A DNA stretch of 64,000 nucleotides, from contig CAYNXC010000002.1 in assembly GCA_964401135.1 (NCBI GenBank), positions 16,457 to 80,456 on the forward strand, read 5' to 3'. The notes below the pieces were generated by a model that made no database searches, was not told the DNA's origin, and worked only from the letters and a program-made list of their open reading frames with translations. Shown in pieces: positions 1 through 10,941 of this stretch (its first letter is position 1; each line of letters begins with the position of its first letter). The DNA comes from an uncultured Candidatus Saccharibacteria bacterium. Its GTDB lineage: Bacteria > Patescibacteriota > Minisyncoccia > Phycocordibacterales > UBA9988. Both the position numbers and the translations under genes were made by a program.

Positions 1-651
1 CCTGTGGTGAGCTATCTGATTCAGGGGGGGAAGTGTCGTGGCTGTGGCAGTAAGATATCCACACAATATCCACTGGTAGAATTAGGTACAGGTGTGCTCT
101 TTGCACTTACTCTCCAAGAGTTCTGTCCTCTGTTTACTATTGATGGAGCTTCTCTCTATATACCAGTTCTTACCGTCGTCTTTCATCTTGTTGTATGGAG
201 TATTTTGATGGCCATTACCGTGTATGACATTCGCCACAAGATCATCCCAGACGGTCTCGTGTACGCGTTTATTGGCCTCGCCTTTCTCTATGCTGCGCTT
301 ATGGAGGTAGATGCGCGGTGGGTGGGGGCGGCGACCCTTATGGCGGCGTTCTTTGCAGCACTCTGGTTCTTTTCTAGCGGCCGGTGGATGGGCTTTGGGG
401 ACGCCAAGCTCGCACTAGGGATAGGTCTCTTCTTGGGGCCGAGCAGGGGACTTGCGGCGCTCATCCTCGCTTTTTGGATTGGTGCGCTTTTTGGTATCTC
501 GCTACTTCTCTTCCGCGGACGCTATGCTACAATGAAGGTCGAGGTACCCTTTGCTCCCTTTCTGATCCTCGGCACAGTCCTCACCTTTTTCGCACACTTA
601 GATATGCAGGGGGTACTATCTCTCTTCTCATTCACTGATGTACTATACTGA
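1..651 (+). CDS. pilD: Prepilin peptidase (A24 family), 5'-truncated by the window edge
   Basis: The ORF runs in from the window start. It has the CxxC Zn-binding segment (GGKCRGCGSKIS), then polytopic TM segments with the A24 aspartyl motifs (ITVYDIRHKIIPD, GFGDAKL). Confidence 0.85.
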   Translation, partial: PVVSYLIQGGKCRGCGSKISTQYPLVELGTGVLFALTLQEFCPLFTIDGASLYIPVLTVVFHLVVWSILMAITVYDIRHKIIPDGLVYAFIGLAFLYAALMEVDARWVGAATLMAAFFAALWFFSSGRWMGFGDAKLALGIGLFLGPSRGLAALILAFWIGALFGISLLLFRGRYATMKVEVPFAPFLILGTVLTFFAHLDMQGVLSLFSFTDVLY

Positions 652-1255
652 CACAAAAAAAAGAGGATTCACGCTGATAGAGATGTTGGTAGTACTTGCA
701 ATAATTGGTGTGATTTCAGCTATACTTATACGACGCGGATCTCTTAACCCGCCAGAGGTAAAGCTAGATCTAGCTGCACAAGACTTGGCCACTGCAATTA
801 GACAGGCGCAGATCTCAGGGTCTACAGGAAGTGGTTTACCTGGATCAGACGCATATGAGCCAATGACTAACAATGAAGATGCATCCTCTATCGCATATGG
901 AGTCTCTTTGCGAAAAGATCAAAAGTCTCTCGCTTTTTTTAGAGACAAAAACAATAGTCATCAATTCGACTATAATGATAGTCTTGTTTTTAGATACTAT
1001 TTTCCTTCTGGTGTGAAATTGACAGATGTGATACTTTCTGATCCTACTAAATGTGATATGGGTGACGCAGTGATATTTTTATTTAAAGTTCCATTTATAA
1101 CTCTTGAAGAACTTTATTGTAAACCTGCAAGTCATAATGGTCTTACAAATATCGATTCTGACTACATCGGTCTAACATTAGGGATAGATGGGAGTACAAA
1201 AAAAAGACAAGTAAAAATAAACCAAGCTGGGTTCATTCAGATCATCAGCATCTAA
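638..1255 (+). CDS. Type IV pilin-like protein (pseudopilin) with N-terminal methylation motif
   Basis: N-terminus KKRGFTLIEMLVVLAIIGVISAIL is a class III signal peptide (G|FTLIE plus hydrophobic helix). Overlaps the pilD stop. Confidence 0.8.
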   Translation: MYYTDTKKRGFTLIEMLVVLAIIGVISAILIRRGSLNPPEVKLDLAAQDLATAIRQAQISGSTGSGLPGSDAYEPMTNNEDASSIAYGVSLRKDQKSLAFFRDKNNSHQFDYNDSLVFRYYFPSGVKLTDVILSDPTKCDMGDAVIFLFKVPFITLEELYCKPASHNGLTNIDSDYIGLTLGIDGSTKKRQVKINQAGFIQIISI

Positions 1256-2082
1256 TGATTATGAGAAGAATAAAAAGAGATCAATTCCTATCAGGTGAGA
1301 TGCATAGCGGCTTTACTCTCGTGGAGCTTATTGTTGCAATCGGAATATTTATCGTTGTCGCATTGATAGTGACTGGGATGATTGTGTCTCTCATGCGCCT
1401 CAACCGATCAAATAGGCAATCTCGTCTATTGCTCACAAGCATGAATACTGTAATGGATGCCATCACTCTTCCAGCTCGCGAGCGCGCTCCTGGTACCGTC
1501 TTCTTCTGTAGATCAGGATCTGAGGACAAAATCGGCGAAGCAATATATTATCCAAAGTGGCGTTATTCCGGAGATATAGCAAGAGAGAGAGAAGTCTCCA
1601 TCAGCGGCATTGTGACCGACTCAAATAATGAATTGCTTTGTATAAAGTGCCCAATTGCGGGTGCCTGCAGCGGGACAAATCAAGTTCCTAGTCTCTATGG
1701 TAGCTCTATCTCATTCCTTTCTCAGGTTAAAGTAGAAGATGAACTTGTATATGAGGAACTGTCGTTCTATCGTAGTGATAGAATACCAGGGAAGGGGGCG
1801 ATTTATATGAGTAAGTGTCACCTTGATAAATCAGATAAAGATGACGCGGACCCACCTTCCACCTCCCGCTGTACAGTATTTAAACAACAGGTCACTCCAG
1901 ATGATGTAAATGTCACGCAGTTTAATATAGTGCCCTTTACTAGTCCTGTGAGCGATGCTTATGCCCCAACATATGGAGGTATAAATCAGCAAGGGGTCCA
2001 AATAATCATTGAAGCAAAGACTATGTCTTCACCTGCCAAAACTATCCATTTACAGACGGCCATTGCCGCAAGGCAATTATAG
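1255..2082 (+). CDS. Type IV pilin-like protein (minor pilin)
   Basis: HSGFTLVELIVAIGIFIVVALIV prepilin motif. Start is coupled to the previous stop (TAATGA). Confidence 0.75.
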   Translation: MIMRRIKRDQFLSGEMHSGFTLVELIVAIGIFIVVALIVTGMIVSLMRLNRSNRQSRLLLTSMNTVMDAITLPARERAPGTVFFCRSGSEDKIGEAIYYPKWRYSGDIAREREVSISGIVTDSNNELLCIKCPIAGACSGTNQVPSLYGSSISFLSQVKVEDELVYEELSFYRSDRIPGKGAIYMSKCHLDKSDKDDADPPSTSRCTVFKQQVTPDDVNVTQFNIVPFTSPVSDAYAPTYGGINQQGVQIIIEAKTMSSPAKTIHLQTAIAARQL

Positions 2083-2091
2083 GTAGTATAT

Positions 2092-2881
2092 ATGCATACA
2101 ATCCTACGACAATTTCTTCCCTACCGAAAAGGATTCACGCTCGTGGAGACGATTGTGGCTGTTGGAATTATTGTATTAATGATTACTGTACCAATATCGG
2201 TATATATCCGATCTAGCCGGATGATCAGAGAAGAGATGAATGATCTGACTGCATTGTATTTACAACAAGAGGCGATAGAGATTATGAAGATGACTATCAG
2301 GTCTGATAAGCAATATAAAGATGAGGATGCGCTCTCCACATATAAAGAGGATAATATAGATAAAGGGTATTTCTTTGCTCGATGTAATGGGACTTGTGAC
2401 GCTACAGAGAAACTCAACGATATAAGAATCGGGAGTAATAGACCTGTAGGCGATTATCACCTATATAATTGTGGACGGTGGGGAGGTGTACAGAATTACT
2501 GCAATGCAGCACCGAAAAGCATAACTTCTTTTTTTGCTGATAGTTTCTTAAATGCGGGGACGAGGGTAGCAGATGTAAATAATGGAGGATATACCTATAC
2601 ATTAATAGAATGCGGCAGTCCTTATTACGCATATAAAGAAGGATGTAGTCCAAGTTATAAGCGTACCATCTTTAGTCGGAATGTGTCGATAGAGTTGCAA
2701 TATACTGGAATCCCCTATTTCTGTTACAAGGATTTTGAGACAGCGACTGTGAATCCACCTTATAAAGATAAGTTAGATAATCAATTTTATGACTCCGTCA
2801 GACTTACCTCCAGTGCGACATGGAAGGGCAGGAAGGAAAAATTGCCGGAATTATCAACTGTTATGTATAGGCCATTCTTAG

Positions 2882-2895
<14 letters not shown>
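2092..2895 (+). CDS. Type IV pilin-like protein (minor pilin)
   Basis: RKGFTLVETIVAVGIIVLMI prepilin motif. Cys-rich globular C-terminal part. Confidence 0.75.
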
Positions 2896-5463
<2,568 letters not shown>

Positions 5464-5475
5464 TAGGATTCGCGT

Positions 5476-5772
5476 ATGCAGAACAGTGTCATAACGCGTG
5501 ACGATGTGGAACGGCTTGCAGAGCTTGCTCGTCTTGAGTTGACGGGAGAAGAAAGAGAAGTGCTCACAAAGGACCTCACATCCATCCTCTCATATGTCTC
5601 TGAACTCAATTCAGTAGATGCGGTAATTGAAATGGGGCGAGAGGCAACTCACAATACAATGCGAGAGGACAGTAATCCACACGAGCCGGGAATCCACACT
5701 GACGATCTGTTATCTGCCGCGCCGAAGGTGGAGAACGGATACCTTTCAGTTAAACAAATTCTTTCAAAATAG
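5476..5772 (+). CDS. gatC: Asp/Glu-tRNA amidotransferase subunit C
   Basis: 98 aa. The pattern ITRDDVERLAELARLELTGEE...L..IL.YV..L is typical GatC. Lies immediately upstream of gatA. Confidence 0.9.
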   Translation: MQNSVITRDDVERLAELARLELTGEEREVLTKDLTSILSYVSELNSVDAVIEMGREATHNTMREDSNPHEPGIHTDDLLSAAPKVENGYLSVKQILSK

Positions 5773-5773
5773 T

Positions 5774-7186
5774 ATGGCAGTCTCTCTTAGTGCACTTACC
5801 ATACAGAGTGCGAGTACTCAACTCTCCGAGGGCTCACTGAGTGCTCAAGAATTGACCGAAGCGTACCTTGCGCGCATTGGCATAGAAGATAGTGAGGTAC
5901 ACGCATACCTTGAAGTGTTTAGTGACGCGCTCGCGCAAGCAGAAGCTCTTGATGAACGGAGAAAGAGAGGGGAGCGCCTTGGCGCTCTTGCAGGCATCCC
6001 ACTTGCGGTGAAGGACAATATCTTGATCAAAGGAAGGAAGGTGAGTTCTGCGTCAAAGATTCTTGAAGGCTACACCGCCTCCTATGATGCGACGGTAATA
6101 CAAAAGTTACGAGAGGCTGGCGCTATCTTTCTTGGCCGAACCAATATGGATGAGTTTGCAATGGGCGGATCAACAGAGAACTCTGCCTTTGGTCCCACAA
6201 AGAATCCACGAGATACCAGTAAGGTGCCCGGTGGATCTTCGGGAGGCTCTGCGGCGGCCGTCTCTGCAGATATGGCTCTGGCGGCACTGGGGTCTGATAC
6301 GGGAGGGTCAATCCGTCAGCCGGCAGCCTTTTGTGGTGTGGTGGGCTTAAAGCCTTCTTATGGGCGAGTCTCGCGCTCCGGGCTTATAGCGATGGCGTCC
6401 TCTCTTGATCAGATTGGGCCATTTACAAAGACAGTTGCTGACGCAGAACTCCTGTTTAATGCGATTATAGGTATTGATCCAATGGACTCTACGACCGTTG
6501 ACCCTTCACAGGTATTGGTGAAGGCGGGAGGGAAGAAGATTGGCGTCCCAAGGCATTTTTTGGAGAAGGGAGTTGATCCAGATATACTCGCGCGTTTTGA
6601 AGAAACGCTCACAGAGCTCCGTGCAAAGGGCTATGAAGTATGTGACATCAGTCTCCCCGCAATTACTCACTCGCTCGCCGTCTATTACATCCTGATGCCG
6701 GCAGAAGTCTCTACCAACCTTGCGCGCTTTGACAGTGTGCGCTTCGGTCTGCATGTAGATGGTAAGGATCTCCTTGATGATTATATGAAGACGCGCGGAG
6801 CTGGATTTGGCAGGGAGGCAAAGCGCCGTATTATTCTCGGTACCTATGTGCTCTCTGCGGGCTACTATGATGCCTACTACGCACGGGCCAGTGCGATGCG
6901 CTCGGTGATACGGCGAGATTTTGAGACAGCCTTTACCTCGGTTGACGCGATTGCCATCCCCACGACTCCTTCGCCCGCATTTGCGCTGGGTGAAAAGGCA
7001 GCTGACCCGCTCCAGATGTATCTAGAAGATATTTTCACCGTGCCAGCAAATATTGCCGAGCTCCCTGCCATCTCTATCCCCTCGGGGATGACGAAAAAGG
7101 GATTACCGGTCGGATTCCAACTGATTGCGCCGTACTTTGGCGAGTCCACACTCTTTAGCATAGGTAAAGACATCAATGTGGGTTGA
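5774..7186 (+). CDS. gatA: Asp/Glu-tRNA amidotransferase subunit A
   Basis: Amidase signature GGSSGGSAAAV and GSDTGGSIRQPA. The ORF-track start 5627 overlaps gatC. The ATG at 5774 (MAVSLSALT...) is in frame, one nt after the gatC stop. Confidence 0.95.
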   Translation: MAVSLSALTIQSASTQLSEGSLSAQELTEAYLARIGIEDSEVHAYLEVFSDALAQAEALDERRKRGERLGALAGIPLAVKDNILIKGRKVSSASKILEGYTASYDATVIQKLREAGAIFLGRTNMDEFAMGGSTENSAFGPTKNPRDTSKVPGGSSGGSAAAVSADMALAALGSDTGGSIRQPAAFCGVVGLKPSYGRVSRSGLIAMASSLDQIGPFTKTVADAELLFNAIIGIDPMDSTTVDPSQVLVKAGGKKIGVPRHFLEKGVDPDILARFEETLTELRAKGYEVCDISLPAITHSLAVYYILMPAEVSTNLARFDSVRFGLHVDGKDLLDDYMKTRGAGFGREAKRRIILGTYVLSAGYYDAYYARASAMRSVIRRDFETAFTSVDAIAIPTTPSPAFALGEKAADPLQMYLEDIFTVPANIAELPAISIPSGMTKKGLPVGFQLIAPYFGESTLFSIGKDINVG

Positions 7187-7760
7187 CGCACTATTTTACT
7201 ATTTCTACCAACTCCTCCGCTTTGTGCGCGGGCTTGCCTTGGCGACATGGGATGGAGATATTCTCCTTGTCCCTGCAGTTGCAAATGCATTTTTTTGGTA
7301 CAAACTAATCGTGGTTATTTTTTCTGTCACTGCTGCGTCGTTGATTGCGTGGTATGTGTACAAAATTATTTTGATGGATATTGAGAAAGAGAGAGGAGAG
7401 CGCGCTGAAGCAGAAAAAGTTACTATAGAAAAAACACGCACAAAAAATGAGATACGCTGGAACTTCATTCAAGAAAAACTTAATTCTGATAATGAGTCAG
7501 ATTGGCGGATTGCCATTATTGAAGCGGATACTATCCTTGATGAGATTGTTGGCACCATGAACTTAAATGGAGGGAGTCTTGGTGAGAAGATGAAGGTTAT
7601 AGAGAAGAGCGACTTCAACACATTGGACGATGCGTGGGAGGCGCACAAGGCTCGCAATAGGGTGGCACATGACGGGAATGCGGTCCCGCTCTCGTCACGA
7701 GAAGCGAGGCGCATCATCGGTCTGTACGAGAATGTGTTCCGTGAGTTTGGATATGTCTAA
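7176..7760 (+). CDS. Membrane-anchored hypothetical protein with C-terminal RNxxxH (HEPN/DUF4145-like) motif
   Basis: 194 aa with an N-terminal TM helix (LIVVIFSVTAASLIAWYVY), a charged linker, and a C-terminal helical domain containing AHKARNRVAHDG. Overlaps the gatA stop. Confidence 0.6.
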   Translation: MWVDALFYYFYQLLRFVRGLALATWDGDILLVPAVANAFFWYKLIVVIFSVTAASLIAWYVYKIILMDIEKERGERAEAEKVTIEKTRTKNEIRWNFIQEKLNSDNESDWRIAIIEADTILDEIVGTMNLNGGSLGEKMKVIEKSDFNTLDDAWEAHKARNRVAHDGNAVPLSSREARRIIGLYENVFREFGYV

Positions 7761-7784
7761 TTGTATGCTATAGTCATCTCGTAT

Positions 7785-7859
<75 letters not shown>

Positions 7860-7944
7860 CGATGAAAAACGCCAATACTACATTGGCGTTTTTCTGTTTT
7901 TATGGCACTATGGGAGTCGTCAGGAGAGAGATAGAAAATGTCTT

Positions 7945-8018
7945 GCCGGGGTAGCTCAGTCGGTTAGAGCGTGGGACTCATAAACCCAAGGTCGTGAGTT
8001 CGATTCTCACCCCCGGCA
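7945..8018 (+). tRNA. tRNA with CAT anticodon (elongator Met or lysidine-modified Ile2), no encoded CCA
   Basis: GCCGGGG acceptor pairs with CCCCGGC. Anticodon loop CTCATAA and T-loop TTCGATT. Confidence 0.85.
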
Positions 8019-8065
8019 CGAGGTTCCTGTATATTCTTTGAGCTTTTTGCTAGGATGATGTCGTT

Positions 8066-8142
8066 GCAGATGTAGCTCAACTGGTTAGAGCACCCGCCTG
8101 TCACGCGGGAGGTTGCGGGTTCAAGTCCCGTCGTCTGCGCCA
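8066..8142 (+). tRNA. tRNA-Asp (GTC), CCA encoded
   Basis: Acceptor GCAGATG/CGTCTGC, anticodon loop CTGTCAC, T-loop TTCAAGT, 3' GCCA. Confidence 0.9.
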
Positions 8143-8223
8143 GTTCTTAATGTTTAAGGACAGCCCTAAAACATTCACCAGAGGCGAATGTTCGGGCGGA
8201 CAATTTCCATAGGAAACTGTTTT

Positions 8224-8296
8224 GCCGTTGTAGCTCAGTTGGTAGAGCAACTCCATGGTAAGGAGTAGGTCGTCGGTTCAATTCCGACCAACGGCT
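8224..8296 (+). tRNA. tRNA-Thr (GGT)
   Basis: Acceptor GCCGTTG/CAACGGC, anticodon stem ACTCC/GGAGT, loop ATGGTAA. Confidence 0.9.
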
Positions 8297-8308
8297 CATA
8301 ACAATAAG

Positions 8309-8381
8309 GCCACCTTAGCTCAGTTGGCAGAGCGGCGCATTCGTAACGCGCAGGTCCCCAGTCCGATTCTGGGAGGTGGCT
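8309..8381 (+). tRNA. tRNA-Thr (CGT)
   Basis: Acceptor GCCACCT/AGGTGGC, anticodon loop TTCGTAA. There is one A:C mismatch closing the anticodon stem, so confidence is lower. Confidence 0.75.
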
Positions 8382-8431
8382 CAACATAAGTCTTATTCCA
8401 CCGTTTTGCGGATATATCCTGCTCGTATATA

Positions 8432-9331
8432 ATGTGGTTGATGGCAGAGACAGGTGCCCGGGAGGCGCTTACAGAAAAGATTTCCGCTGTGGAAGCACGG
8501 ATGGCCGACCCGCACTTTTGGGAGGACAAGGATCGTGCACAAGACTTGCTGAAGGAGTACAGTCAACTCAAACAAGAACTACGCGATCTGAATCCATACG
8601 ATAAGGGGAATGCGGTCTTAACCATCTTTGCCGGAGCCGGCGGAGATGATGCAGAAGATTTTGCCGCTCTGCTCTTTAACATGTACAGTCGCTTTGTCGC
8701 TCGTAAGGAGTGGAGTATCCGTACGCTCCATGAGAATGAAAATGACCACGGTGGCTACCGCAACATCACTGCAGAGATCAAAGGAGCGGGGGCCTACGGG
8801 ACACTTAAGCATGAGTCGGGAGTGCATCGGCTGGTGCGCATTTCGCCTTTCAACGCCAAAAAGCTCCGCCACACCTCATTTGTGATGGTTGAGGTGGTCC
8901 CGGAGTTCACTCGTGTGGAGGATGTAGAGATTCCAGAGAGCGATCTCACGATAGAGTATGCAAAGTCATCGGGGCCTGGCGGACAGAATGTGAATAAACG
9001 CGAGACTGCGGTGCGCATTGTCCACAACGCGACAGGACTCTCGGCTCACTGTGAGAGCGAACGCTCGCAGGCACAGAACAGAGAGAAGGCACTCGCCATC
9101 CTTCGTGGTAAACTCTATCGGAGGTTGGAAGATGAGCGAGTCGCCAAGGTGGAGAGTATGTACATCAGTAAGACGACGGATGCCGAGTGGGGCAATCAAA
9201 TCCGCTCGTATGTGCTCCATCCATACAAAATGGTGAAAGACCATCGGACTGAAGTGGAGACGCACAATGTGGATGCAGTACTTAGAGAAGGGGAGCTTGA
9301 TGAATTTATTGCCGCAGAACAAACACTATGA
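8432..9331 (+). CDS. prfB: Peptide chain release factor 2, short form without programmed frameshift
   Basis: SPF tripeptide (RISPFN) and GGQ (SSGPGGQNVN). 299 aa. A single uninterrupted ORF starts 50 nt after tRNA-Thr. An alternative ATG is at 8441. Confidence 0.9.
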   Translation: MWLMAETGAREALTEKISAVEARMADPHFWEDKDRAQDLLKEYSQLKQELRDLNPYDKGNAVLTIFAGAGGDDAEDFAALLFNMYSRFVARKEWSIRTLHENENDHGGYRNITAEIKGAGAYGTLKHESGVHRLVRISPFNAKKLRHTSFVMVEVVPEFTRVEDVEIPESDLTIEYAKSSGPGGQNVNKRETAVRIVHNATGLSAHCESERSQAQNREKALAILRGKLYRRLEDERVAKVESMYISKTTDAEWGNQIRSYVLHPYKMVKDHRTEVETHNVDAVLREGELDEFIAAEQTL

Positions 9332-10008
9332 TTGTCTTTGATAAAGTAAGTAAGATATATTCAGACAATTCAAAGGCGCTTGATTGCGTCAGTTTTGAGA
9401 TTGAGTCAGGTGACTTTCTCTCTATTGTGGGGCAGTCTGGGGCAGGGAAGTCCACCCTCCTCAAACTTATTTTGGTAGAAGACGAGCCTAGCGATGGAAC
9501 TGTCTTTTTTGATAAAATTGATGTGCATAGGCTGACTCGCCGAGAACTCCCACACTTACGCAGACGCATAGGGTCAATCTTCCAAGACTTCCGACTTTTA
9601 CCAGACAAGACAGCCTATGAGAACATTGCCTTTGCCATGGAGGCGGCAGGGAGGAGTGATGAGGAAATCGAGTCTGATGTTCCGCATGCGCTTGATCTGG
9701 TGGGATTAAAGCAAAAAATTTGGAGCTTCCCCCGCGAGATGTCTGGAGGAGAGAAGCAGCGCGTAGCCATTGCTCGCGCTATCGTCAATCAACCTGATCT
9801 CATTATTGCAGATGAGCCGACAGGGAACTTAGATCCGCTTAACACCTTTGAAATTGTGCAGATCTTGAAAAAAATCAATGACCTCGGGACTACGGTCATT
9901 TTGACCACTCACAATAAAGGGGTCATTGATTCATTAAAAAAGCGCGTCATCACGCTTGAGAATGGTCGCATAGCGCGCGATGACTCACACGGTAAGTATG
10001 TACTATAA
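9328..10008 (+). CDS. ftsE: Cell-division ABC ATPase FtsE
   Basis: Walker A GQSGAGKST, signature LSGGEKQR, Walker B LIIADEPT. Start overlaps the prfB stop (ATGA). Followed by ftsX. Confidence 0.9.
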   Translation: MIVFDKVSKIYSDNSKALDCVSFEIESGDFLSIVGQSGAGKSTLLKLILVEDEPSDGTVFFDKIDVHRLTRRELPHLRRRIGSIFQDFRLLPDKTAYENIAFAMEAAGRSDEEIESDVPHALDLVGLKQKIWSFPREMSGGEKQRVAIARAIVNQPDLIIADEPTGNLDPLNTFEIVQILKKINDLGTTVILTTHNKGVIDSLKKRVITLENGRIARDDSHGKYVL

Positions 10009-10013
10009 GTAAT

Positions 10014-10940
10014 ATGTTCTGGGTATATATTCGTCGCACAATCAAATCGGGATTCATCAGTTTTTGGCGTAACAGTACTATCTCGCTTGCTGCCATTCTC
10101 GCTATGATTATTACCCTCACGGTGGTGGGGTCTCTGATGATTGGTAATGTGTTTCTCTCCGCATTTCTAGATACCGTGAAAGAGAAGGTGGATGTAACGG
10201 TCTACTTTACTATTGACGCGACAGAGACCGATATTCTTGCCTTGAAAAAATCTCTAGAAGCGCTCTCTGAAGTACGGCGTGTAGAGTATGTCACACGCGA
10301 GCAGGCACTCTTAGCATTTAAAGAACGCCACAAGGACGACGCAGTGATGCTTGCCGCTCTTGATGAGGTAGGAGGTAATCCTCTGCGTGCCAGTCTCAAC
10401 ATTAAAGCGAAGGAGCTCTCACAGTACGAGGGTGTGAGCAAGTTCCTGGAAGGAGATTCCGCGCTTGCTCCTGGTGGAGGAGATATTATTGAGAAGGTAA
10501 ACTATCGGCAAAACAAAGTGGTGATAGAGCGGATGAACACCATTCTTGCCTATACAAGAAAGGTGGGTGCTGGTATCTCTATTGTACTCGCCATTATGTC
10601 TATTATGGTGACAGTCAATACTATCTCGCTCGCACTCTACTCATCTCGAGACGAGATCTCGGTGATGAAGTTGGTGGGTGCGGCAAACAACTTTGTGCGC
10701 GGTCCTTTTATGATGCAGGGAGCGATGTATGGTGCCGTTTCTGCCATCCTTGCCACTGCACTCCTTTACCCAGCAACATTTTGGCTAGGGCGGAGTACGG
10801 AGGACGCTTTTGGGGGGTTGAATATCTTCCGTTACTATATTGCTGATTTTGGACAGCTCTTTCTTACTCTACTTGGAGTGGGGATATTCCTCGGGATGAT
10901 ATCTAGCCTCTTTGCTCTCTCCCGCTATCTGAAGGTCTAA
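10014..10940 (+). CDS. ftsX: Cell-division permease-like protein FtsX
   Basis: 308 aa. One TM helix, then an extracellular domain, then three C-terminal TM helices. Adjacent to ftsE. Confidence 0.85.
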   Translation: MFWVYIRRTIKSGFISFWRNSTISLAAILAMIITLTVVGSLMIGNVFLSAFLDTVKEKVDVTVYFTIDATETDILALKKSLEALSEVRRVEYVTREQALLAFKERHKDDAVMLAALDEVGGNPLRASLNIKAKELSQYEGVSKFLEGDSALAPGGGDIIEKVNYRQNKVVIERMNTILAYTRKVGAGISIVLAIMSIMVTVNTISLALYSSRDEISVMKLVGAANNFVRGPFMMQGAMYGAVSAILATALLYPATFWLGRSTEDAFGGLNIFRYYIADFGQLFLTLLGVGIFLGMISSLFALSRYLKV

Positions 10941-10941
10941 T

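Noticed and set aside
5627-5773. N-terminal extensions given by the ORF track: gatA 5627, groEL 27177, SBP 26590, efp 44459, ftsK 49066, DUF4238 32610, rplJ 54724 and wHTH 55658.
   Set aside because: The extensions overlap upstream genes or add non-homologous residues. Internal ATGs that align with the family N-termini were used instead.
8382-8470. Search for the canonical prfB +1 frameshift site (SD-like element followed by CTT TGA C).
   Set aside because: There is no in-frame TGA and no upstream short ORF. The gene is a single ORF, and this absence is reported as a finding instead.
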